A DNA stretch of 64,000 nt from Acidimicrobiales bacterium (GCA_041394265.1 JAWKIO010000005.1:1575401-1639400); one strand, 5' to 3'. Counted from the first letter of the stretch, positions 41,935 to 51,086 are shown. Notes: generated by a model from the sequence alone, not told the origin. Made by a program: numbers and translations.

Positions 41935-42759
41935 TCAGGAGCGGGCGAACGGGTCGTCGGGATAGACGACCGACCACAGGGTGAGACCGTGGGGCGGTGC
42001 AGGAGAGACCGCAGCGTTGCGATCGCGGGCAGCCAACACGCCGAGCAGCTCGCCGGCCGACCGGCGCCCCTTGCCGACGGCCACGTGGAAACCGACGATG
42101 CTGCGGACCATCTGATGACAGAACGCCGATCCGTCGATCTCGAAGCGAAGGACACCGTCGCCGAGGTCGGTCCAATGGGCCCGGGTCACACGACGCACGA
42201 GTGACACCTCGGTGCCATCGTCGCTCTTCGGCCGGCGGCAGAACGACGCGAAGTCGTGCTCTCCGATGATCGGGTCGCAAGCCAGACGCATCGAGGCCAC
42301 GTTCAGCGGCTCGGGCACCCACCACATCGTGTCGGCGTGGAACGGGCTCGGGTGCTCGGTGTTCAGGACATAGAAGCGGTAGCTGCGTCCGGTCGCAGAG
42401 AACCGAGCGCTGAAGTCGTCGGACACCAGCCGGGCGTCTCGGCACACGACCTCCGGTTGGAGCCCCACGTTGATCACCCGAGTGATTCGCTCGGGGTCGG
42501 CTTTGGCCTCGGGAACGTCGAGAGAGAGCACCTGACCCCAGGCGTGGACGCCGGCGTCGGTACGGCCCGACATCACGATGTCGGGGTGATAGCCGAGGAA
42601 CGGACGCAGGGTGTCGGCGATCTCGCCGACGACGGTGCGGACGCCGGCATTCGGCGCCAGCCCACGGAAACGTCCGCCGTGGTAGGCGATCAGCAGCGCA
42701 ACGCGAACGAGCGGACCCTGAGGTCCGCTCGTTTCGGGAAAGAGACTCAGCGTTTCCAC
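41935..42759 (-). CDS. truA: tRNA pseudouridine(38-40) synthase
   Basis: 274 aa with LIAYHGGRFRG and the catalytic GRTDAGVHA motif. Confidence 0.92.
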   Translation of the reverse strand: METLSLFPETSGPQGPLVRVALLIAYHGGRFRGLAPNAGVRTVVGEIADTLRPFLGYHPDIVMSGRTDAGVHAWGQVLSLDVPEAKADPERITRVINVGLQPEVVCRDARLVSDDFSARFSATGRSYRFYVLNTEHPSPFHADTMWWVPEPLNVASMRLACDPIIGEHDFASFCRRPKSDDGTEVSLVRRVTRAHWTDLGDGVLRFEIDGSAFCHQMVRSIVGFHVAVGKGRRSAGELLGVLAARDRNAAVSPAPPHGLTLWSVVYPDDPFARS

Positions 42760-42795
42760 GTCGGTGAGATGGTCGCTGCCGTGACGCTAGGTCAT

Positions 42796-42814
42796 CGTCG
42801 GCGGGGCGCCGACG
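42796..42814 (-). terminator. short GC hairpin just after rplQ
   Basis: CGTCGGC-ggggc-GCCGACG (as read on the plus strand), 4 nt from the rplQ stop. No U-tract. Confidence 0.3.
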
Positions 42815-42817
42815 AGG

Positions 42818-43171
42818 TCAGACCAGCTCGATGCGCGCCATCGGCGCGTTGTCACCCGCTCGTTGACCGATCTTGAGGATCCGGGTGTAGCCCCCGGGCC
42901 GATCGGCATAACGAGGACCGACGTCGTCGAACAACTTGGTGGTCATCTCCACGTCGCCGAGGTACGACAGCACCTGACGGTAGTTGTGGAGACCACCCTT
43001 CTTCGACTTGGTGATGATGCGCTCGGCGATGGGGCGCATGGCCTTCGCCTTGGCCTCGGTGGTGACGATGCCCTCGGCGGCGACCAGCGACGCAACGAGG
43101 TTCGCCATCATCAGCTTCTGGTGTTGTGCAGAGCCGCCGAATCGGCGGGCCTTGCGGGGACGTCCTTGCAT
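42818..43171 (-). CDS. rplQ: 50S ribosomal protein L17
   Basis: 117 aa, [18 protein letters not shown]...TTEAKAK. Confidence 0.95.
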   Translation of the reverse strand: MQGRPRKARRFGGSAQHQKLMMANLVASLVAAEGIVTTEAKAKAMRPIAERIITKSKKGGLHNYRQVLSYLGDVEMTTKLFDDVGPRYADRPGGYTRILKIGQRAGDNAPMARIELV

Positions 43172-43173
43172 CG

Positions 43174-44115
43174 TCAGCTCCTGGATCCACGAAGCGACAG
43201 GCCACGCTCGTCGAGCTTGGCGATCACTTCGTCGAGGGACTTCTGGCCGAAGTTGGTGATGGCCAGCAAGTCGTCTTCGGTCTTGGTCAACAGTTCCCCG
43301 ATGCTGTTCACCTGCGCACGCTTGAGGCAGTTGCGCGGGCGCTCGGACAGGTCGAGGTCTTCGATCGGCAGATCGAGGTCGGGCGAACCCGACGCAGCGG
43401 CGGGTGCTTCGCCCAGGGTGAGGCCCTCGGGCTCGTCGCTCATCTCTTCGACCAGCTGCACCAACGAGCGCAGGGTCGCACCGGCCGAGGCCAGCGATTC
43501 ACGAGGCGAAATGGCGCCATCGGTCTCGATCTCGAGAATGAGGCGGTCGTAGTTGGTGGACTGCTCGACGCGGGTCGGCTCGACAGTGATCGAGACCCGA
43601 CGGATCGGGCTGAAGATCGCGTCGATCGGGATGACGCCGATGACGGTGTTGTTGGTCGCGCGGTCCGAACCGATCCAGCCGCGGCCACGCTCGACCACGA
43701 GATCGATCGCGATGCGACCCTTGCCGTCGAGCTTGGCGAGGTGGATGTCGCCGTTGAGCAACTCGACCTCGGGAGGGCACGCGATGTCGGCAGCCGTGAC
43801 GTCGCCGGGGCCGCGGGCATCGAGTCGCAGCGTGGCGGGCTCGTCGCTCGTGCTGGTGACGACGATGTCCTTGAGGTTCAAGATGATGTCGGTGACGTCT
43901 TCGACCACACCGGGCAGGGTGTCGAACTCGTGCAGGGCGTCATCGAACCGGACACTGGTGATGGCGGCGCCAGGAACCGAGGACAGCAGCGTGCGACGAA
44001 GCGAGTTCCCGAGCGTGTGACCGAAGCCAGGCTCGAGAGGGCCAATCGCAAAGCGACCGGTGTTCGATTCGCCGTCGTCGAGTTGCTCCACGGTGGGGCG
44101 CTGAATGATCAGCAT
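43174..44115 (-). CDS. rpoA: DNA-directed RNA polymerase subunit alpha
   Basis: ORF trimmed to ATG 44115 ([12 protein letters not shown]...), preceded by [17 protein letters not shown] motif and a C-terminal domain with RPRNCLKRA. Confidence 0.96.
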   Translation of the reverse strand: MLIIQRPTVEQLDDGESNTGRFAIGPLEPGFGHTLGNSLRRTLLSSVPGAAITSVRFDDALHEFDTLPGVVEDVTDIILNLKDIVVTSTSDEPATLRLDARGPGDVTAADIACPPEVELLNGDIHLAKLDGKGRIAIDLVVERGRGWIGSDRATNNTVIGVIPIDAIFSPIRRVSITVEPTRVEQSTNYDRLILEIETDGAISPRESLASAGATLRSLVQLVEEMSDEPEGLTLGEAPAAASGSPDLDLPIEDLDLSERPRNCLKRAQVNSIGELLTKTEDDLLAITNFGQKSLDEVIAKLDERGLSLRGSRS

Positions 44116-44149
44116 GGTGGGATTCCTTCCGGCCAGCTCGGGCGAGGGA

Positions 44150-44770
44150 CTACTTCGAGTACAGCTCGACGATGAGCTGCTCACGCAGCGGAACGTCGAT
44201 CTGCTCACGCAGGGGTTCGCTGTACACGGTGACCGAGGTGCCGTCGGCAGCCCGGTCGAGCCATGCGGGGGGCGTGCGATCGAGCACGTCCCGGTTCCAC
44301 TGGATGACGGCGTTCTCGCGGGTCTTCTCCTTGAACTCCACCACGTCGCCCTTGCGGACTCGGTAAGAGGGGATGTTGACACGCTTGCCGTTGACCTTGA
44401 TGTGGCCGTGGCTCACGAACTGGCGGGCCTGGGCCCGGGTCGAGCACAGCCCGGCGCGGTAGACCACGTTGTCGAGGCGGAGCTCGAGGAAGCGCAGCAT
44501 GTTCTCACCGGTGACACCGGGGCGACGCTGGGCTTCGTCATAGATCTTGCGGAACTGACGCTCGGTCAGACCGTAGGCGAAGCGGGCCTTCTGCTTCTCC
44601 TGGAGCTGGAAGAGATACTCGGTGTTGTTGTTGCCCCGGCGGCGGGTGCGACCGTGCACGCCCGGCGGATACGGCCGCTTCTCGAGTGCCTGGGCTTCAC
44701 CCCGCGTGTCGAAGATGTTGGTGCCAAGGCGGCGAGAGATGCGAGCGCGGGGCCCGGTGTAACGCGACAT
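44150..44770 (-). CDS. rpsD: 30S ribosomal protein S4
   Basis: 206 aa, MSRYTGPRARISRRLG... Confidence 0.97.
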   Translation of the reverse strand: MSRYTGPRARISRRLGTNIFDTRGEAQALEKRPYPPGVHGRTRRRGNNNTEYLFQLQEKQKARFAYGLTERQFRKIYDEAQRRPGVTGENMLRFLELRLDNVVYRAGLCSTRAQARQFVSHGHIKVNGKRVNIPSYRVRKGDVVEFKEKTRENAVIQWNRDVLDRTPPAWLDRAADGTSVTVYSEPLREQIDVPLREQLIVELYSK

Positions 44771-44773
44771 TGA

Positions 44774-45172
44774 TCAAACCCTCCGACGCTTCGGCGGCCG
44801 GCAGCCGTTGTGGGGAACCGGGGTGACGTCTTTGATGCCCGTCACTTCGATCCCGCTGTTCTGAATGGAGCGGATGGCGGTCTCGCGGCCAGAGCCCGGA
44901 CCCTTCACCTGGACGTCGACCTTGCGGACGCCGTGCTCCATGGCCCGGCGAGCGGCGGCTTCGGCGGCCATCTGGGCGGCATACGGGGTGCTCTTGCGAG
45001 ACCCCTTGAAGCCGACGTTGCCGGCCGAGGCCCACGACAGCACGTTGCCGTCCTGGTCGGTGATGGCAACGATGGTGTTGTTGAAGCTCGACTTGATGTG
45101 CGCAACGCCGTGCGAGACGTTCTTGCGCTCTTTCTTGCGAGGCCGCCGGCCTCCGGAACTTGGCTTGGCCAT
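44774..45172 (-). CDS. rpsK: 30S ribosomal protein S11
   Basis: 132 aa, ...[18 protein letters not shown]... Confidence 0.97.
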   Translation of the reverse strand: MAKPSSGGRRPRKKERKNVSHGVAHIKSSFNNTIVAITDQDGNVLSWASAGNVGFKGSRKSTPYAAQMAAEAAARRAMEHGVRKVDVQVKGPGSGRETAIRSIQNSGIEVTGIKDVTPVPHNGCRPPKRRRV

Positions 45173-45174
45173 GT

Positions 45175-45549
45175 CTACTTTGCCTTCTTCTTGCCGGCGA
45201 CGGTGCGCTTCGGGCCCTTGCGGGTGCGGGCATTGGTCTGGGTGCGCTGACCGCGGACCGGCAGGCCCTTGCGGTGACGGATGCCCTGGTGGCTTCCGAT
45301 CTCCATCTTGCGCTTGATGTCTTGTGACACCCCGCGCCGGAGGTCACCCTCGGTCTTCACGTTGGCGTCGATGTCGGCACGGATGGCCATGACCTCGGCT
45401 TCGGTCAGGTCCTTGACCCGAGTCGTGGCGTCGACACCCGTGCGGTCGAGCACCTCGCTCGCCGTGGTGCGGCCTACGCCGAAGATGTAGGTGAGGGAGA
45501 TGCCCACCTGCTTGTCGCGTGGAATATCAACGCCGGCGATGCGTGCCAT
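45175..45549 (-). CDS. rpsM: 30S ribosomal protein S13
   Basis: 124 aa, [15 protein letters not shown]... Confidence 0.97.
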   Translation of the reverse strand: MARIAGVDIPRDKQVGISLTYIFGVGRTTASEVLDRTGVDATTRVKDLTEAEVMAIRADIDANVKTEGDLRRGVSQDIKRKMEIGSHQGIRHRKGLPVRGQRTQTNARTRKGPKRTVAGKKKAK

Positions 45550-45550
45550 A

Positions 45551-45664
45551 TCAGCCTTGCCTCTGCTTGTGACGCGGGTTCTCGCAGATCACCATGACGC
45601 GTCCGCGCCGACGAATGACCTTGCAGTTCTCGCACATCTTCTTGACGCTGGGTCGTACCTTCAT
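45551..45664 (-). CDS. rpmJ: 50S ribosomal protein L36 (zinc-binding type)
   Basis: 37 aa, [37 protein letters not shown], embedded in ORF 45551-45823. ATG at 45664. Confidence 0.95.
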   Translation of the reverse strand: MKVRPSVKKMCENCKVIRRRGRVMVICENPRHKQRQG

Positions 45665-45743
45665 CGTGCATCCCGTGTCATGGTTGGTTACCTGGTTTTC
45701 GGATTGGCATGCCGTGTCGACGCATGGAGCGCCGCACGGGCAT

Positions 45744-45781
45744 CTCACCGCGAGTGGCGAGCGAACTCGCCGACCGGTGAG
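45744..45781 (-). terminator. compound hairpin 13 nt downstream of infA
   Basis: Outer arms CTCACCG/CGGTGAG enclose a GGCGAG/CTCGCC hairpin with a 4-nt loop. No U-tract. Confidence 0.35.
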
Positions 45782-45794
45782 TCGGAATCGGTGC

Positions 45795-46019
45795 CTACTT
45801 GTAGCGGTAGGTGATGCGTCCACGGGTGAGGTCGTAGGGCGTGAGCTCCACCTGCACCCGGTCGCCCGGAAGAATTCGGATGTAGTGCCGGCGCATCTTG
45901 CCTGAGATGTGGCCGAGCACGGTCAGACCGTTTTCGAGTTCGACCCGGAACATGGCGTTCGGGAGCGACTCGACGATGGTGCCCTCGAGGACAATCGCAT
46001 CTTCCTTGGACTTCGGCAG
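45795..46019 (-). CDS. infA: translation initiation factor IF-1
   Basis: C-terminal 74 codons of ORF 45795-46334 read (L)[30 protein letters not shown]...RGRITYRYK. The proposed start is CTG 46019, 6 nt after GAGGAGG. No ATG/GTG lies at the expected position. Confidence 0.85.
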   Translation of the reverse strand: MPKSKEDAIVLEGTIVESLPNAMFRVELENGLTVLGHISGKMRRHYIRILPGDRVQVELTPYDLTRGRITYRYK

Positions 46020-46312
46020 GACGTTCCTCCTCGACGAGTGGACGACTCTCCGCTCGGATTCCAACCTGATGCCACTGACGCGGTACGTGCTGGAGGAACT
46101 CGGAGAGTGAGGCAACCGCAGCGACAATGAGACGCGTCGATGGCCGACCGACCATGCTAGTGGTCGGTGACCCGCGCTCCAACCCTCGTCATCGCACAGT
46201 GAGGATCGACAATGCAGCGGCGATGGCACCTGCACCGAATCTTCACCGGGTGTCCGAGCGACCTTCACGGCCATTTCGTACCGTTGGCGGAATGACACCT
46301 GTTGTAGCCCGG

Positions 46313-47164
46313 ATGGGCGCCCAAGTGTGGACACCGCGCCTCCTCGTCGTCGAGGACGAGCCGACGATCGCCGAGGCGGTGGTGTTGCGCCTGGTCAGTG
46401 AGGGTTTCGATGTGGAGTGTGTCCACGACGGACGCGTGGCGGTCGAGCGTTGCGCCGAGGTCGAGTTCGCACTGATCGTCCTCGACCTCGGGCTTCCCGG
46501 GCTCGATGGCATCGAGGTCTGCCGTCGGATCCAGGCGGAGCGGCCGACACCGGTGGTCATGCTCACGGCCCGAGACGACGAGATGGATCTCCTCGTCGGA
46601 CTCGGCGTGGGCGCCGATGACTACATCACGAAGCCGTTCTCGCCGCGTGAGCTGGTCGCCCGGGTCCGTGCGGTACTCCGCCGGGTCGAGACGGCGCAGG
46701 CAGCCGCCGTGGCCGCCCTGACCGACCCCGTCCACTCCCCCGTGCTGAGCATCGGGCGAGTGACGCTCGACCCGGCGCGTCGGCTGGCGCTCGTCGACAC
46801 CGACCCGGTCCATCTCACCCCGACCGAATTCGACCTCGTGCATCGTCTTGCCCAGGATCACGGTCGGGTGTTCACTCGCGAGGAGTTGCTCTTCGCAGTG
46901 TGGGGTTACCGCGACGGCTCAGGCGCCCGCACCGTGGATTCCCACGTGCGTTCGGTGCGCCGCAAACTGGGCGACGACGCCATTCGCACGGTGCACGGTG
47001 TGGGGTACGGCATGGGTACCGCACAGGGCGCAGCCCTGCGAACGACACAGGGCGAAGCCCTACGAACAACAGAGGGCGAAGCCCTACGAACAACAGAGGG
47101 CGAAGCCCTACGAACAACAGAGGGCGAAGCCCTGCGAACGACCGAGAGTGACGACCGGCGATGA
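46313..47164 (+). CDS. OmpR-family response regulator with repeat-containing C-terminal tail
   Basis: Receiver domain (LLVVEDE...DLGLPGLDG...TKPF) plus a winged helix (LTPTEFDLV...VHGVGYG), followed by a 5x 8-aa repeat. Start uncertain (ATG 46292 or 46313, or GTG 46325). Confidence 0.85.
   Translation: MGAQVWTPRLLVVEDEPTIAEAVVLRLVSEGFDVECVHDGRVAVERCAEVEFALIVLDLGLPGLDGIEVCRRIQAERPTPVVMLTARDDEMDLLVGLGVGADDYITKPFSPRELVARVRAVLRRVETAQAAAVAALTDPVHSPVLSIGRVTLDPARRLALVDTDPVHLTPTEFDLVHRLAQDHGRVFTREELLFAVWGYRDGSGARTVDSHVRSVRRKLGDDAIRTVHGVGYGMGTAQGAALRTTQGEALRTTEGEALRTTEGEALRTTEGEALRTTESDDRR
47024..47143 (+). repeat. 5 x 24-nt in-frame tandem repeat
   Basis: Units start at 47024, 47048, 47072, 47096 and 47120. 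Units 3 and 4 are identical, unit 2 differs from them by 1 nt, and the outer units diverge at a few positions. Each contains AGGGC-GAA-GCCCT. Confidence 0.9.
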
Positions 47165-48183
47165 CGTCGCCCCTTCGGCGGTTCGTTCCACTGGCCGGCA
47201 TCAGATCGATCAAGACCAAGTGGTCGATCGTGATCGTGGCCGCGGTGGCCGTCACGGCGCTCGTCAGCCAGATCGGCCTCGAGCTCGGCTGGCCGGCGTG
47301 GCTCCGACCCCTCGTTGCCGCCTCGCTGGCGCTGGCCATGGTCCAGTTCCTCGCTCGCGGGATGACGCGCCCGCTGCGGCAGATGGCGGTGGCGGCAAAC
47401 GACATGGCCGAACGTCGACCCGTCGACCCGATCGACGTCACCGGTGCCGACGAGGTCGGGCGCTTGGCCGAGGCGTTCAACTCGATGACCACCGACCTGG
47501 CCGAGGCAGATCGTCGCCAGCGCGAGTTCATCGCCAACGCGTCACACGAGTTACGTACCCCGGTTGCTGCGCTGCGGGGAACACTCGAGAACCTCGCCGA
47601 CGGGGTCGGCCGGCCGGACGCCAAGACGATCGCGGTGCTGCTGCACCACGCCGAGCACCTTGGTGACCTCGTCACCCAACTCCTCGACCTCTCCCGGCTC
47701 GACGCACTCGATGGCATCGAGCGACCGGAACGGATTGATCTCGGCGACCTGCTTCATGATGTGGCCGGACGGACCCGACTCGTGACGCCCGACACCACGG
47801 TCGATCTGAAGACGGCGATCGATCTCCCGGTGCACGGCGACGCCGCTCGCCTCGCTCAGCTCTTCACCAACCTGCTCACGAACGCCGTGCGGTTCTCGCC
47901 CGACGGCGCGCCCGTCACGATCACGGCGTGCTCGACCAGCGATGACGACCGCCGGATCCGGGTATCGGTCTCCGACACTGGTCCGGGTATCCCCGACGAT
48001 CGAAAGGCGATGGTGTTCGAGCGCTTCTGGCAGGACGATCGTCCACCATCGGGCCAACGAGGCGGCGCCGGACTGGGACTCGCCATCGCCAAGCGGATCG
48101 TCGAGACCCACCGAGGCACGATTCAGATCACCGACCGCTCACCGGCCGGTACGACCGTGATCGTCGAACTCCCCCGGGCGTGA
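47161..48183 (+). CDS. sensor histidine kinase (2 TM, HAMP, HisKA, HATPase_c)
   Basis: ATG overlaps the regulator stop (ATGA). H-box SHELRTPVAAL, N-box LLTNAVRFSP, G-boxes DTGPGIP and GGAGLGLAIA. Confidence 0.9.
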   Translation: MTSPLRRFVPLAGIRSIKTKWSIVIVAAVAVTALVSQIGLELGWPAWLRPLVAASLALAMVQFLARGMTRPLRQMAVAANDMAERRPVDPIDVTGADEVGRLAEAFNSMTTDLAEADRRQREFIANASHELRTPVAALRGTLENLADGVGRPDAKTIAVLLHHAEHLGDLVTQLLDLSRLDALDGIERPERIDLGDLLHDVAGRTRLVTPDTTVDLKTAIDLPVHGDAARLAQLFTNLLTNAVRFSPDGAPVTITACSTSDDDRRIRVSVSDTGPGIPDDRKAMVFERFWQDDRPPSGQRGGAGLGLAIAKRIVETHRGTIQITDRSPAGTTVIVELPRA

Positions 48184-48191
48184 TGCCTGGC

Positions 48192-48280
48192 GAAGGCCGA
48201 GGCCATTGCGGTGCCGATGCGCTCAGGCCGAGGCCATCGCGGTGTCGATGCGCTCAGGCCGAGGCCATCGCGGTGTCGAT
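48192..48280. repeat. about 3 x 31-nt tandem repeat derived from the adk 3' end
   Basis: 48223-48253 repeats the first 27 nt of 48254-48284 (the adk stop plus its last codons) exactly. 48192-48222 is a slightly diverged third copy. Confidence 0.85.
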
Positions 48281-48829
48281 GGCGGCGAACAGCCGCTCGG
48301 TCACCGTGGCCTCATCGGCGAGCCCATCGACCTGGATCAGCAGACCGCGAGCGGCGAACCAGTCGAGCACCGGGCGGGTCTCCTGTTCGTAGAGCTCGAG
48401 TCGACGGGCGATGCCCTCGTCGGTGTCGTCGTCGCGACCACGGGCCTTCATGCGCTCGGTGACCTCATCGAGCGGCACGTCGAGATCGACCACACAGTGC
48501 AGGGAATCGTCGCCCAGGATCTGGACGAGCGCCTCGGCCTGGGCGACGGTGCGGGGGTAGCCATCGAGCACGAAGCCGTGCTCGGCGATGTCGTCGGCGG
48601 CGAGCCGCTCGCGCACGATGCCGTTGATGATGTCGTCGCCCACGAGATTGCCGGCGTCCATGACCGCCTTCGCCTTGAGCCCCATCTCGGTGCCTGCGGC
48701 GACGGCGCCACGCAGCATGTCGCCGGTGGAGATGTGCTGGACGCCGTACTTCTCGACCAGACGCACGCACTGCGTTCCCTTACCGGCGCCTTGGCGACCG
48801 AAGATCACCAAACGTGTGGGGCTCGACAC
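48254..48829 (-). CDS. adk: adenylate kinase
   Basis: 191 aa with P-loop GRQGAGKGTQ and the STGDMLR motif. Short-lid form. Confidence 0.95.
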   Translation of the reverse strand: MSSPTRLVIFGRQGAGKGTQCVRLVEKYGVQHISTGDMLRGAVAAGTEMGLKAKAVMDAGNLVGDDIINGIVRERLAADDIAEHGFVLDGYPRTVAQAEALVQILGDDSLHCVVDLDVPLDEVTERMKARGRDDDTDEGIARRLELYEQETRPVLDWFAARGLLIQVDGLADEATVTERLFAAIDTAMASA

Positions 48830-49004
48830 TGTTTCCTCCCAAGAGAGCGGTCCGGGCGTTCACCGCAGATGTGTTGACCAACGATCAGATCGGGCCGCGG
48901 TGTCGGTGAACTCGGGTGAGTCCGTTGGACATGGCCAGACAAGGTCTCAGATCGTGCGCCGCTTGTCCAGTCGGCAACCTTGCCCATCACGGTCCGAGCG
49001 CCGA

Positions 49005-50336
49005 CTATTTGAGGAAGCCCTCATAGTTCTGGCTGAGCAGATGCGAGTCGATCTGCTTCATGGTTTCGAGCGCAACGCCAACGGCGATCAGGATCGAGAC
49101 GCCGGAGAAACCGACCTGGGTTCCCGAGTCACCCAGGGCTCGAGACAACGCGGCCGACGGAATCAAGGCGACAACAGCGAGGAAGATCGCGCCAGGCAGC
49201 GTGATGCGATTCAGGACCTTGGCGAGGTAGCGCTCGGTCTGGGGACCAGGCCGGATGCCGGGAATGAAGCCGCCGGACTTGCGCAGCTCGTCGGCCCGTC
49301 GGATGGGGTCGAAAGCGATGGAGTTGTAGAAGTAGGCAAAGCCGACGATCAACAAACCGAACACCAACACATAGCCAATGTTGTCGGGCCGATAGAGGTT
49401 GTCGGAGACGAACCCTCGGATGTCCTGACCCCAACCATCAGCCGGCAGCACACCGACCAACAGGCTCGGCAACTGGAGCAACGATGAGGCAAAGATCACA
49501 GGAATCACGCCGGCCTGGTTGACCTTGAGCGGGATGTAGGTGTTGTTGCCGCCGTACTGACGACGACCGACCACACGCTTGGCGAAGTTGACCGGGATGC
49601 GGCGCTGGCCCTGCTCGACGAACGTGATGCCGGCGGTCAGGCCCACGAGGAGCACGAGGGCGACGATCAGTCCGAACCAGCCCTGCAGCACCTCGATCTG
49701 GAGCCCGATACCGGGAAGACCCGAGACGACCGAGGCGAAGATCATCAGCGACATGCCGTTGCCGATGCCCTTCTGCGTGATGAGCTCGCCCATCCACATC
49801 ACGATGGCGGTGCCAACGGTCATGCAGGTGACGGCGAGGACGACCTTGAACCCCCAATTGGCCTGGTTGCGTGGGAAGAGGTCGATGCCGCTGGTGCCGA
49901 AGAAGCCATCGGGGTTGCCCGAGATCAAGAAGACGAAGCTGGTGCTCTGCACGAGGGCGAGCACCATGGAGACGTAGCGGGTCCACTGCGTGATCTTGCG
50001 CTGGCCGACCGCACCCTGGGACTGCCATTCCTCGAGCTTGGGAATCGCGACCGTGAGGATCTGGATGATGATCGACGCCGTGATGTAGGGCAGGATCCCG
50101 AGCGCAAAGAACGACAGCGACCCGAGACCGCCACCGGAGAAGAGCTGCAGGTAGCCAAAGATGCCCCCGGTCGGCGAGTCGTCGCCCGAGGCATTGGCCA
50201 GCTGGGTGATGGCGTCGAGGTTCACACCCGGCGAGGGGATCTGCGCACCGAGACGGTAGAGCGCGATCATGGCGAGGGTGAACAGGATCTTGTTGCGCAA
50301 CTCTGCGGTGGCAAAGACGTGCTTCAGGGTTTTCAC
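49005..50336 (-). CDS. secY: preprotein translocase subunit SecY
   Basis: ORF trimmed to GTG 50336, 6 nt after AGGAG. Ten TM helices and typical SecY motifs (LGILPYITASII, GNGMSLMIF). Confidence 0.95.
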   Translation of the reverse strand: MKTLKHVFATAELRNKILFTLAMIALYRLGAQIPSPGVNLDAITQLANASGDDSPTGGIFGYLQLFSGGGLGSLSFFALGILPYITASIIIQILTVAIPKLEEWQSQGAVGQRKITQWTRYVSMVLALVQSTSFVFLISGNPDGFFGTSGIDLFPRNQANWGFKVVLAVTCMTVGTAIVMWMGELITQKGIGNGMSLMIFASVVSGLPGIGLQIEVLQGWFGLIVALVLLVGLTAGITFVEQGQRRIPVNFAKRVVGRRQYGGNNTYIPLKVNQAGVIPVIFASSLLQLPSLLVGVLPADGWGQDIRGFVSDNLYRPDNIGYVLVFGLLIVGFAYFYNSIAFDPIRRADELRKSGGFIPGIRPGPQTERYLAKVLNRITLPGAIFLAVVALIPSAALSRALGDSGTQVGFSGVSILIAVGVALETMKQIDSHLLSQNYEGFLK

Positions 50337-50377
50337 AGCGGGCTCCTGATGGTCGCTACCGAGACAAAATGACACAA

Positions 50378-50405
50378 ACCCCTGCCCTCGTGAGGGCAGG
50401 GGTTC
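50378..50405 (-). terminator. intrinsic terminator/attenuator between rplO and secY
   Basis: On the minus strand: a 12-bp stem AACCCCTGCCCT/AGGGCAGGGGTT with a 4-nt loop, followed by the T-rich tract TGTGTCATTTTGTCT. Confidence 0.6.
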
Positions 50406-50418
50406 GCATCGAATCGAA

Positions 50419-50904
50419 TCAGCGGTTCATGTGCTGGTTGCCCGACGACGCCGGACGCACGGCGAACGGCAGGGGCAGCTTCTCGGTCGAACCACCGGCG
50501 GCGGTGATCGCCGCCTCGGCCGACTTGGAGAAGGCGTGAGCTTTCACGGTGACCGCGGCGGAGAGTTCGCCACGGCCGAGGACCTTCACGAGGACGTCCT
50601 TGCCGATGAGACCCTTGGCGAACAGTGCGTCGGGCGTGACCTCGGTGAGGCCGGATTCGGCGATGGTGTCGAGGTTGATGGCCTGATATTCGACGCGGAA
50701 CGGGTTGTCGAAGCCGCGCAGCTTTGGCAACCGCTGCTGCAGCGGGAGCTGCCCGCCTTCGAAGCCGACCCGCACGGTATTGCGAGCCCGCTGACCCTTG
50801 CTGCCGCGGCCGGCGGTCTTGCCGCCCTTGCCGCCGATACCGCGACCGACGCGCTTGGCCCGCTTGCGCGAACCCTCGTCGGGCTGGAGATCGTGAACCT
50901 TCAT
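50419..50904 (-). CDS. rplO: 50S ribosomal protein L15
   Basis: 161 aa, [22 protein letters not shown]. Confidence 0.96.
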   Translation of the reverse strand: MKVHDLQPDEGSRKRAKRVGRGIGGKGGKTAGRGSKGQRARNTVRVGFEGGQLPLQQRLPKLRGFDNPFRVEYQAINLDTIAESGLTEVTPDALFAKGLIGKDVLVKVLGRGELSAAVTVKAHAFSKSAEAAITAAGGSTEKLPLPFAVRPASSGNQHMNR

Positions 50905-51086
50905 GCCGTCACCTCTTCCACGCTGACCAGGTGCGGGACACGAGCAAGCATACCGCGCAGCTCTGGGCTGTCAGCGATCGTGTTGGACTTGCCGACCCCG
51001 CGCAATCCGAGGGCTCGGAGGGTGCCCCGCTGCTTCGGCTTGGCGCCGATTGCGGAGCGAACCTGCGTGATCTTGAACTCTGCCAT
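50901..51086 (-). CDS. rpmD: 50S ribosomal protein L30
   Basis: 61 aa, [25 protein letters not shown]. Confidence 0.95.
   Translation of the reverse strand: MAEFKITQVRSAIGAKPKQRGTLRALGLRGVGKSNTIADSPELRGMLARVPHLVSVEEVTA

Noticed and set aside
41643-41984. ORFs running through the 83-nt repeats (113-aa and related frames; minus-strand ORF 41320-41859)
   Set aside because: Their open frames arise from the duplicated sequence, the peptides are Arg/Pro-rich, and they overlap rplM and truA. Non-coding repeat is the simpler reading.
41700-48284. Whether any of the repeat arrays is a CRISPR array
   Set aside because: The units are direct tandem copies with no spacers or only 10-nt linkers, at most 2-5 copies, and no cas genes nearby. 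Two arrays are derived from coding sequence.
48805-48990. 61-aa minus-strand ORF in the 175-nt secY-adk spacer
   Set aside because: It overlaps the adk start in another frame and has atypical composition. The spacer is more likely an adk leader.
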